64,000 nt of DNA. It comes from Phoronis australis (lineage: Eukaryota > Animalia > Phoronida). The notes under the pieces were generated by a model that saw only the letters and a list, made by a program, of their open reading frames with translations, had not been told where the DNA came from and made no database searches. The position numbers and the translations under genes are program-made. The stretch is taken from positions 1,777,808-1,841,807 of the forward strand of contig NMRA01000017.1 of assembly GCA_002633005.1 (NCBI GenBank). Direction: 5' to 3'. Shown here one piece after another: positions 1 through 11,025 of this stretch; within the stretch, counting starts at the first letter, position 1, and every line of letters starts with the position of its first letter.

Positions 1-645
1 ATAAGACAGCCGCACTAAACCTTATGTTGACAATTCATAGGTTTGCGGAGTCTAGAACATGAAGATTCCCAACCATAAAAAACACCTGAATTAGTTTTTC
101 AAACATTCATTTTGTCAAACCACTCATAAATTGCTCTCTGAACTCAGAACTTTACGCACATAGTTCTTCTCATGTCATGGGACGATAGTGGCTATAAATT
201 TAATCCTTATGATGTAACCTCTGCAACACGTGAAGATTGCACGCACGGGATAGTTTAGCACACTAGAGGGCGTCTTTGAAGGTCGGACACGTGAAGACAA
301 CGCTCCGTCAATTTTGTTCTTTTTATCCTTCAAAAGTCAACCATTTTGTTTTCTGCTCAACAGCTTTCATTGCATTGGTGTCGCTGCCTCCGGCTTCTGG
401 AAACAAGATTTTATGAACATTTCATGTCATTTGGTGAGCTTTCTCTTTCGAGTTTACAGCTATTCCATCAAACGTTACATACCGCCATTGTATGTTTCCC
501 TCAAACCCCCCTGGTGTTTTTGTATGGTGGTCATCCAGTTAATCCCACCTATGATTGCCTAACTCCCTCCTGAGGTTACGGGCATTTTAGTCAATAACCC
601 TTCTCATTACTTGGAGATTTGTGAATAGAAGCGTCCACAGTCACT

Positions 646-1246
646 ATGGTGGATCTTGTCCTAGAAAAGAGACTCCAATCCATGGAAGATATGAATTCGG
701 TCCTTTAAAGAAGTCTTCGATGAAGAACTGGGAAAGTTGAAGAACGACTTACAAGCAATAAGACAGGAAAATCAAGAGTTAAAGAATAAGTTGAATAATT
801 ATGAACAGTACTCTAGACGTAACTGGATTAGGATCCACGGCATTGGTGAACAGCCATACGAGGACTGCGACCGTATTGTTAAAAACTTCTTTCAGGAAAA
901 TGTCAACCTGTCAATCGATCTGGATAAGATAGACCGCACTCACCGAGTAGGAAAAACACCCCCAGATACGGCCTCAAGAAGACTAAGAAGTTCTAGTACT
1001 GCAAATCAACTAAACCCTAGACCAATCATTGTTAAGTTTACCAGCTATCGGTACAGACAAAGTGTTTTCACTTTGAAAAAGAAACTCAAGGGCACAAGAT
1101 TCTTCATAAGTGAAGACCTAACTACACAGAACTACCTGCTACTAAAGACCCAGGTCAAGTTTGCATGGTCCAAAGACGGAAGAATCTTCGTTCTGACAAT
1201 AGACAATACCATAAAGCTTATTACAAGTATAAGCATTCTACCATAG
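646..1246 (+). pseudogene. ORF1 of non-LTR retrotransposon (L1-type coiled-coil + RRM + CTD nucleic-acid chaperone), frameshifted at the 5' end
   Basis: ORF 737-1246 has coiled-coil 'LQAIRQENQELKNKLNNYEQYSRRNWIRIHGI', 'IDRTHRVG', 'PRPIIVKF', 'FISEDLT' and 'AWSKDGRIFV', all typical L1/CR1-type ORF1 motifs. The upstream ATG at 646 is out of frame. Confidence 0.85.
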
Positions 1247-1495
1247 TGATACAAATCGTTGTTCTTCGTGACACTTGGACGTTTTGGATCTCCATTTCAT
1301 GAAATAGCCGGTGATATCGCTTTGCGAGTATGATCATGTTTTTCGCCCTTATCCTTTTGTCCCCATTTTCCTTTTGTGTGCCTTTCTGTATGATCAGATT
1401 TTTAAATCTTGGACCTACATTTAAGCTTTTTATGTTAACCTTATTATGCGTAACCTTAGTTAAGGGATGCCTCTAAAACCCTTGTATAACCCCAA

Positions 1496-4400
1496 ATGGT
1501 TAACATTAAGTGCATGTCTATAAATGTCCGAGGCATTAATTCTGAAATTAAATGAGCTCAACTCTTTAAATGGTTGAAATAAAAGAATTGTGATATAGTT
1601 TACTTACAAGAAACATACAGCGTTCCTGTCTCCATTAATAAATGGGAACGTGATTGGGGTGGTCCGCTATTTTCTGGTCACGGCATTAACCATAGTAAAG
1701 GCACTGCCATTTTAATTCATCCACGTTAGGATTTTGAACCAATGTTCTCAATTGCAAAATTGCAGAACAAGATTTCATTTTACTCAATCTGTACTTTCCA
1801 AATGAAACCAGGAAACAAGTCGAATTTCTGGATTTCATTAATTTAGAACTTCATAATTTTGTAAACAACCAAACTATTCTTTGCACTGGTGATTTTTAAC
1901 TGCGCTCCCATGGACTTAGATAAGAAATGAAAACTAGTGTATTCCACAAAAAGTCCTGAAATACAGAACATCAACTTTTTTACATCTAATTTCAAGTTGT
2001 ACGATGTATGGCGTGACAATAACCCAGGTGTGAGGAAGTACACTTGGAGGGATAACATCATGCCAAAGTAGAATTGACATGTGGCTAATTTCCAGAGAAG
2101 TAGCAGTCAAAGACTTTGCCATTATTAACGACTGTGTTTTCAGACCACTCTGCCATTACTTTACAATTTGAAATATCCGAAAATGGAAAGAGAGGTCCTC
2201 GGGTCTTTGGAAATTTAACACTAGTTATATAAATGATACCAATTATGTAAACAGAATAACTAAATGTGTCGAATTTTATAGTACTCAATACCGACATATT
2301 GAAGACAAAAATTTGATGTTGGAATTAATTAAAAGGGAAATATGGAAAACTTCAATCTCTTTTCCAAAAGAGGTTGCAAAGAAGACCCGCTCTGACAAAA
2401 TTGTTTTAACAGAAAAAATTAACGCTTTGACAGCCAAGGTGGAAAGCGACCCTTCAGATGAATTAAAAAAATATTTGGAAACAGCCAAAATTGATTTGCA
2501 AATCATCCAGACCCAAAAAATTAAAGGCTCGATTCTGCGTCGTAAAGCACAATGGGCAGAACAAGGCGAGAATGGAAAATATTTCAAAAACCTAAAGTTG
2601 CGCCAAAGTAAGCTAAAACATATTAACCCCCTTAAAGATGGTGCTAAAATTATACATGATGCAGCAAGCATACGGAATATGCAAGTGAACTATTACAAAA
2701 AACTTTACTCTGATATTGAACAATGCAACGGAGAATGAACGTATCCAATCAACCTTTTTAATCTTCCAATACATAAAAAGCTATCTACTGCAGATTCTAA
2801 GGATTTAGAAAAAAATCTAACAGAAGAAGAATTGTATGAGTCTCTGTTAGAGACAAAACCTAACGATGGTAATGATGGCATTAGCTATGAATTTTATAAA
2901 AACCTTTTGGAAGGTAATTAAAGACGATTTTTTGGCGAGCATCACATACAGCTTTGGAAACAGTCACATGTCCAATTCTCAAAAGCAAGGCGAAATCACA
3001 TTAATCTCACAAAGTAAACAGTCTGAGGAATTACTATCTTTAGACAATTGGAGACCTATCTCTTTTTTGAACTGTGACTATGAATTAGTAACTAAAACAA
3101 TCGCAAACAAAATGCACAAATATATTGACAATTTAATTCATCCATATCAAACATTCTAGCCAAAATGATATATAGGCCAGAATATCCGTGTAATTGATTT
3201 TTTAAAGAAAACCACACCCTTGGTCACATTGTATTCCTCGATTTCAAGAAAGCGTATGATACTGTAAAGTGGGATTTTTTATTTCAGTCCTTAAAAGCTT
3301 TTAATTTTGGTGACGTTTTATCATTCCGTACATTGTATTCTGACTGGAATTTCGTCATGTGTGTTGAACAACAGATTTACATCACAGTATTTTAACATAG
3401 AGAAAGGCCTCCGACAAGGAGACCCACTATCAAGTCTGCTGCTCGTCCTGTGTGCGGAAATTATGTCGCATATAAGAAGCAATGAATTAATTAGAGGCTT
3501 CACAATAGCCAATCACGAAATCAAAATTGCACAGTATTCAGATGATACAGTTCTTTTCATTAAAGACGTAGGATCTGGCAATAACTGTTTTAGATTTTTA
3601 GATTATTTTGGAACATTATCTGGACTCCACTTGAATTATGAAAAATGCCAAGGTATGTTTACCTCAACAATATACCGAAATCATAAACCACTTTACGGAA
3701 TCAGGTGGCCCCAAAAGCCCATTAAAAGTATAGGAATATTCTTTGGTGGAAAAGGGGATGACACTGAAAAACTCAATTTTGATGATAAAATCCAAAAGCT
3801 TAAAGACCTGTTTTATATTTCGAAAATACGAAATTTGTCCATAAAAGGCAGAATCTTCCTTACTCTTTCATGTGGTGTCAACCGTGGGTATCACCAAAAA
3901 AGAATTTGTGAAGTTAATGAACTTATCAGAGAATTTATTTGGTTAAATAAACCACCAAAAATTAAAGAAACCGCCATATCAAGAGAGGGTTTAAAATATC
4001 CTAACATGGAACTGATCAAGTTAAACTTATTATTTAATTGGGTCATGCATTTTAATACAGAGGATGAGGCAAGTTGAAAGATATACCTGAGGCATCTTTT
4101 CAGTTGTATTGGCTGTGTCCTCATTTTTTTATCCAATTTTCAACTGAAAACACTAAAATGCGAAATAAAGAACCCTTTTACAAAGATGTTCTCACAACCT
4201 TGGATATTCTTAATCCTGAAATTTTAATGAAGTACCAATAGCCAAACAAGTGATGGAACAATTGTAACTTAACTGTTACCGGTAAATCATTATTTTACCA
4301 AGATCTGTACAATGCAGGCCTCATATTTTGTGAAGATTTTTTAGAGAGCCAGAACAAACTTCTTAAATGGGAAAGCATTAAGAAAAATTATAACTTAAAG

Positions 4401-5086
4401 GATACGCCTATCATACCATTTTCTTCCACTACAACGACCTTGAAGAAAGTTCCGAGTGTGTCGGATAGAAGGATTGTTAGTTGTAATAACATTAGATTTT
4501 TATTCTTCAATAGTTCCAATTCAAAGATCAAAAAACACATTTATTCACAAGTTTTCTGTAAAACCAGATAATTATGCATTTTTACTTAACTATTACATAG
4601 ACGCCAAAATTAAAGAAATATATAATCTCCCTTTCAATCTACCCATAAACCCTCATTTGACAATGGTTAAATACTTTTTCATTCACAAAAGAATTTATAC
4701 AAACAAAAATGTTAAAAGTACTTGGTATTTCACAAACAGACTAATGTCCCTACTGTGGTGAAGTCCAGACTTTTCAGCATATGTTTTACAGCTGCTTCTG
4801 TGTTAAAGGTTTCTGGAATTCTTTACATCATTTCATAAGTAAAATTTTTAAGTTACACACTGAGCCATCTATGTACCACTTCTTAGTTTGCTTTTTTGGC
4901 AATATAAGTGAAATCTTCAATACCATATACACTTATGCCCAACATTATATTTATACATCAACGAGAGATGGGTCTCAACTATGTTTTCATGAGTTTAGAT
5001 TTATACTTTTTGACGCAGTGAACCTCATTGTGTTTAATGCCTCGGATAAAACAGTGGAGGGTTTTGCAGCCATCTCTTTAAAATGA
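1496..5086 (+). pseudogene. ORF2 of L1/Tx1-clade LINE: APE endonuclease, reverse transcriptase and C-terminal CCHC, broken by stops and frameshifts
   Basis: From ATG 1496: 'MVNIKCMSINVRGINSEIK*..CDIVYLQETYS', GDFN (~1888), SDHSA (~2140). RT motifs: 'NWRPISFLNCDY', 'LDFKKAYDTVKW', 'GLRQGDPLS', 'QYSDD'. C-terminal 'CPYCGEVQTFQHMFYSC' (~4745). Confidence 0.92.
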
Positions 5087-5887
5087 TTCAAACAATATAT
5101 GGTGTTATTTTTTAACCATTTCTGTTGTATTATAAGAAAATTGTCCTTTTCATAAATATGCACCTATGTAAATGTAATCATAAGTTAATTAAACTGTGTG
5201 AATGTGAGTGTGAATGAGTGTATGAAAGTCCTTCCTCTTCCCGTTCCCCCCCCCCCCTTTGAATTATTCTTGGCTAATTATTCGCCCAATCATTAGGAGT
5301 ATTTTCCAAATACTTATTTGCTAAATTAATATGATGTATTATACTCTAGTAAGTTGTAAAGATACGTAGTTGGGGCTAACCAACCCCAGCCGTATCTAAT
5401 ATACATTAATGATATGCTTTATGGGTAAATAATTCCTGGGCAGACTGCTGATTTTCAAATATACAAAACACATCATCTACATACCGTCGGTAGAAATAGA
5501 CATGACATGCCATAAACATTTCCACTAAATAAGATTGCCCCAAACACCGCCGATCAGGGAAAACGGTGGGGTTCGGCCGATTGAACTAGACCGTATTTAT
5601 CCATCTTGTCTGTGTCGCCTAGCTTCTCTATTCATCGAGTTACGAGCGAGGATAATTGGCTTCGCTCATGTGGATATGATCAGCTGATTACAATCTAGCC
5701 TAGATGACTGTACTTGTTATGGAGAGCATTTTACGTAGTTTTGAGTGTAATATTTGAAAAGAGGAGAGAAAAAATGTTGTTTTTCAAATCGGCCCAAAAT
5801 AAGAGATTTAGCAACACAGCAACACTCACGATTACATTCATTCGGCGCGCACGGATACAAAAAATAGGACCCAAGTTAGGATAATAT

Positions 5888-7565
5888 CAAGGAGTGTAGT
5901 AGTATAGGAGAGTTCACTTGTGAGTTCGCTGTTACCGCTACTACTAGCGCCGCCAAGTGGTGAACAAGCTACGGTCAACCAGGAAGCGCCAAAACAATGG
6001 GGACGGACGCATTTTGCAGTGCGATAAATTGCATGAATTGATCCACGAAAACCCCACACGTGTCATTTTGTAGGTTTCCTAAGGATCCAGAAAGGTAAGG
6101 ATTATCTGTTATTCAATAATATGATACATTGTCTTTCATTTTGTGTGTTCTGTTCACGGTTGTTAGACAAGTCGATCGCAGTCCCGGTGCCCGGCACTGT
6201 CTGTTGTCTGCAGTGTAGGCTAGACCTACTGGGCAGCCGGCGGAAGAGGACTATGATTAACGTACGATGTGATCGTCAGCTTTTTGGATACTTGCAGTCC
6301 ATGTATTCCAAATCAAAATGTCACTCTAACGATCGCAGGGATAATTTTAGGAAAACATTCCCATGGCCATGGGTGAATATGAATCGTGGTGACACGGCCA
6401 TGGCACAATCACAGCCACAGGCCACAGGGCCTTTTAAGTCTTTCATTAGTCAAGTCAGAGAATCTGTGGGTCTCGGTGAAAAGTTGTGCAGCCCTTAAAA
6501 TATCCGTGGATCGACATTTGAGTCCTAGTTTTTTTNNNNNNNNNNNNNNNNNNNNNNNNNNNNNNNNNNNNNNNNNNNNNNNNNNNNNNNNNNNNNNNNN
6601 NNNNNNNNNGGGACCACCACTGTGAATTGCGCGTTTCCGTTTCTTTAGTGGACTTTTGTCCCATTTTCTCGGACTTTTTGTCTCGTTCAAGCCCCCCGAG
6701 CCCCCTGGGTGCGCGCGTGGGAGAGTGCAATCGAGTTTACCCTATGCTGGAATGTCTAAGAAATAATGGGATGTTCTAAAATTATATTACGATTTTGTGG
6801 TAGTGATGAATTGCTTTCTTCTTCTTACATGTGTAACACCCACTACACCAAACAATTATTCACATTGTTAGTATCCTGGTGCATTGAATAAGGAACACAT
6901 GCGAAATTGGGTAGAGGTGAAACCAGCAGTGAGCTGGGAGCAACACGTTTGTCAATGGTCAGGGGAGCAACCAAAATTTATGACAATGGGAATGGCTCAA
7001 CACCCATGTGGCATACCCCATTGGTTTTTACCTGTTTAGCACTCCTCCCATGTAACCCCCCTGGAAGATGGTCAACACCCATTTGGCGCCCACGTGGTTT
7101 TTGCCTTGTACCCCCTTAGCTGTCACCTGTGGGGAATTATCCTCTGAACCCCCAGGAGCAATCATTAAAATTTTATTGTCCATGGAGGTATGAACTGTTA
7201 TAAGGAAAGATAATTTGCCTTGTTAAGAACTCAAACATGAAACAAAACCGTGATAGATTTTGAAGGGAGCTTCAAAAGAATAAAAACAAATACACTTTAA
7301 TATTGATTAAAATACACATTTTCATTCTCATTCGATTATAAGTGGATGTTGGTTTACGTATTCTAACCATTTTCAATCACACACTAATTTTATTGCACGT
7401 TGAACGTCATTAAAGTATGAATTCATCAGTGTTTACATTGTTCGGACTGCGCTCCTGAGTAAGTACTGATTATTCACCGCTTGGAGCGCTAGTGTTTCGA
7501 CCGGTAACCATTGCGGCCAATGGTAAAATGGCGGAGTGAACTCTCCTATACTCGTACACTCCTTG
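5888..7565. mobile_element. Non-autonomous P-superfamily-like DNA transposon (31-bp TIRs, 7-bp TSD)
   Basis: 5888-5918 CAAGGAGTGTAGTAGTATAGGAGAGTTCACT matches the reverse complement of 7535-7565 (29/31). Direct repeat ATAATAT flanks it at 5881-5887 and 7566-7572. The element spans an N-gap (6536-6609). Confidence 0.75.
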
Positions 7566-8139
7566 ATAATATAGAACTACTCTGTATGTTTTCTAGATTT
7601 TGGAACACATGCATTGCAATATTCAAAATATGTTTATTATAGCTCTTACAAGCTGTAAAACGACATTGTTTCATTTCATTGTGCTCATTCCATTGTCATC
7701 CGTCAATCCGAAATTTGCGAGATGTGATCTGCGGCGTGCGCGTATGTATACAAAACATTAAGAAACTTTTGCATGCCATTATTATTGATGGACAGGATAA
7801 AAAGAATTTGGATTTTTGACGATAGTCTTTATACAACGAGCTGGCTAACTATAGGTACCACTGCATCAGTGCCTCCATTAGACCCAGAAATTTCACATTA
7901 CCCGGATAGTTCAGCTCGTCACCCATGTAGATCGAGCCTAGGATTATTAATGTTATACTCCCCGGTTGAGCTAACGACCGTCGGCCTGTGCACTCAAAAT
8001 GTGTGAGTTAACCGGCACTCACCTTGCACGTTGCAGCCGTTTAAGCGAAAAACAGTCTAATAAACGCCATTTTCTTGCTTAATCCTCCGCCTTTTGTAAC
8101 AAAGTCTGTAGTCGATGACCCACATTCGCTCGCTAACTA

Positions 8140-8658
8140 ACTCATATGCAGACGATCTTCAAAACAAACATCACGTGACAACAACATGTGTGTTCAGCCA
8201 GAGATTTTTCTCGTGTTGTAGGGTATGATGCAGAGCAGATTTGGACTTAATCGCAATTAATCTAGACTCCACATGAACTTAAAAAATTGTAAAACATAAG
8301 GAGGATTCAGGTAATTTGTTGAGTGGAAACTGTATTTTTATTCAAGAATTCAAATTTTTCTATTGACGATCTCGATTCAGCGATGTATCAGTAGGCAAGT
8401 TTTCGCCCCGGGATTTCAGCACATTTTTTAAAAAAATAATCGTAATTTAACAACGGAGTTTGATAGCAATGCACTACAGTTTTGTAGAAAGACTGTCATA
8501 GGCTACAAATACATCACAGAGCATAATTTGCTGAATCCTAACTTCCGATTTTACCCGTTTCGGAAACGGGGTTTCAGCTGTCTTAGGCTACAATAAGCGT
8601 CCCCTCCGTGAAATGAATTTTTCTATTGTGCCCGCGGCGTTGATTAGGGTCAATACAG
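8140..8658. mobile_element. Right part of a second copy of the pogo/Tc1-like non-autonomous element at 11026-14338
   Basis: 8155-8215 aligns with 12195-12255 plus 13872-13885, and 8290-8660 aligns with 13978-14340. It ends in TTAGGGTCAATACAG|TA. Confidence 0.75.
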
Positions 8659-9109
8659 TATACAGCTTTCCACCAAGACTATGTGATGCTACGAGATATT
8701 CTTTGTTGCTTGTACGGATTGTTGCCAATTTTTCCTCGTTTCCATAGCATAATGATGGTCGAACTGAAAACGTTGCATAATCCAGAAAATCAGAGGTCGG
8801 TAAACCAAGTTTTTTCAAAACACTTTCGGCGAAAGACTAGCAGAAGATGCCCACTCTTTCAAAATTGCCATGAAGGTATAAACTATTCCATGCAGCAAGG
8901 TCTTGCCTAATTATCATTTTATGGCCTAGTCATCCATTCAGCCAAAAGTAGTTCTATAGTAGGCAATTATTCACGCATGCTGACTCACAGTAGAAGCCTG
9001 ATAAGAGTGTAGGTGAATAAATGTGGTGTTCCTCTTGTTTCTTGTGGTAGTTAATGTGTTCACCACATGGAGGACCAGTGTAGGTCTCAATCCATGTTTT
9101 CTCATGGTG

Positions 9110-10140
9110 ACCTAAAAACATACCGACATGTTTTTAGGTCACCAGCAGTCGGCCCAGGAATTTTTGGTGTATTTGAACTCGAGGCATTCTAACTTAAAAT
9201 TTAGTATAGAATTAGAGGTCGACAACATTTTGCCATTTGTGGACGTGTTAGTGGAGAGTGAGGGTACCTCAGTGATAACATCAATATTTCATAAGAAGAC
9301 CAACACAGGACTGTACACTAATGTTTTCATAGCTTCACATCCTTTATTTATAATGTAGGTCTCATTAAAACTCTAATAGACAGGGTATATTGCATTAACA
9401 ACACTTTGGCTAGATTTGATTCTAATAGTAAAAAAACAACGAATTTGCTAAAGAATGGCTTATCCCCCAGAATTAATCAACAGGGTACTGAAAGCAAGAC
9501 TCCAACGCAACCCTGATGATGTTCATCCTATAGACAAAACTAACTACAAGTACTTTAAAATACCATGTGTTAGGTTTTACGCCAAGATTGCTCAACAAAT
9601 TGGTGAATGATTACTGTGTGAACTTGAGAGTTGTATTAACATTCAAGTCTCTAAAACTGTTGAATTTATTTAACCCTGAAGACAAAATTCCTATGGGTCT
9701 ACGGTCCAGAGTAGTGTACAAATTTTTCTTGTGCTGGATGTGGGGTCCAGTTACACATACGAAACTGTTCGCCTTTTGAAAAAAAGGACCAAGGAACATC
9801 TAAATTCTAACAGAGGTTCACATGTAAATATTCACCTACAGAGCTCCAATCATTGTTATCAACAATGCTCTTTCTATGACTTTACAATAATAGACCAGGC
9901 AGTAACAACAAAGTATCTTAAAATTCCTGAGGCTCTACACATCATTTGGTACAAGCCCAATCTCAATAGGCAACTGGCACACCACAGGTTGTCATTGTTG
10001 GTCTAGTTCATTGTCACTCCCTGTAACTGACTGTATCTGTACTTCATTACTTGTTGCTGGGCCTAGCTAGGTGGCCACTGCATTCTCTTCTGATGATGGT
10101 GTTTGAATAAATGACACGGAAGCATGTCAAGTCGACTTAA
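9110..10140 (+). mobile_element. 5'-truncated Penelope-like element (RT C-terminus + GIY-YIG endonuclease), frameshifted
   Basis: 'FLVYLNSRHSNLKFSIELEVDNILPFVDVLV..IFHKKTNTGLY' (PLE RT thumb). 'VVYKF-C-GCGSSYTYETVRLLKKRTKEH..SHVNIHL..FTIIDQ..EALHIIWYKPNLNRQ' (PLE GIY-YIG). Confidence 0.9.
10085..10132 (+). ncRNA. Degenerate minimal type-I hammerhead ribozyme of the Penelope pLTR
   Basis: CTT-CTGATGA (10090-10096), then stem II GTGT...ACAC, then GAAG (GAAA variant), CATG, TC cleavage site and AAG. It lies about 85 nt after the PLE ORF stop, where PLE hammerheads are expected. Confidence 0.6.
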
Positions 10141-10804
10141 AACCATTGTTGTTTTCTTTAATATATGCTGCTACTTGCTATCATGGAGACACACTACAGT
10201 CACCGGAATCAGCTCTCAGAAGACTATGAGATGGCGTGGTACTGTTACTTCGCACTTTTGTAAATTTATTCGTGTAGTACTAACCTGAGGGTAACAGAAC
10301 CTAATGTTGGGAATATCTGCTGTTACGACAATTTAACCGCCATTTGGCGACACACTGGAAAATCTTATTAACGCTATTTCCACATTCTCTGTTGCCAAAA
10401 ATCGCGATCTAAAAAACGACTTTTCGAGCTCTATGGTAGCATAGTAAAGCAAATAATGGATTCCGATCACCTGAATAGAAGTGGCGCTTATTAATTTGTG
10501 TTCTTTTATTAGATTGAAAATTTCCATTTTACCGATCCAAAAATCTTGTACGAATTATTTTTTCCAACGCCAATATGTGTACGAACTATTTTTCCCTCAG
10601 TGCCCTACTGTACGGACTATTGGAGACAAACGGCATGTTTTAAGGGTCCTGCACGAACTAATAGAGTGTACGAATTGATAGGGAAAACACCATAGTGAGT
10701 ATTTGTCTTTTGAAATTTTCTTGTTGTAACTGCAAGCAGCAGTGTATGAACAGTTAGCTAACGTATTCTTTTTCCATAGTAAGTGGTGCTTTCTGCCCTT
10801 TAAG

Positions 10805-10978
10805 GTTATGAAGTCGGAAAAAGAGAAGGCCCATAGTGAGCAAGTCCACCTGCAAATGGCAGCAGCATTCCAGGCAGCGGAAGAATCTGTTCACCAACTG
10901 GCACGCAAGCATCGCCGATCTGTTTCCAAGTCGAGGCCGTTCTTTGACTTGAAGTCTCAGTTAGAGATCAAATTGCAG
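10805..10978 (+). CDS. SH3BP5: Internal coding exon of SH3 domain-binding protein 5 family (Sab/parcas/REI-1 Rab11 GEF)
   Basis: Acceptor ttctgccctttaag, donor gtttgt, 174 nt, phase 0/0. VMKSEKEKAHSEQVHLQMAAAFQAAEESVHQLARKHRRSVSKSRPFFDLKSQLEIKLQ resembles my recollection of human SH3BP5 'VMEAEQTKTRSELVH..AA.Y.AA...QLEKKLKRAINKSKPYFELK'. Confidence 0.85.
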
Positions 10979-11025
10979 GTTTGTAAATTTGAAATTTTGA
11001 TATGCTGATTTTGAAGTACCTATTA

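Larger units (their letters stand above)
600..5350 (+). mobile_element. Near full-length degenerate L1/Tx1-type LINE (boundaries approximate)
   Basis: ORF1 and ORF2 are colinear on + and followed by an AT-rich 3' tail. No TSD identified. Confidence 0.85.
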
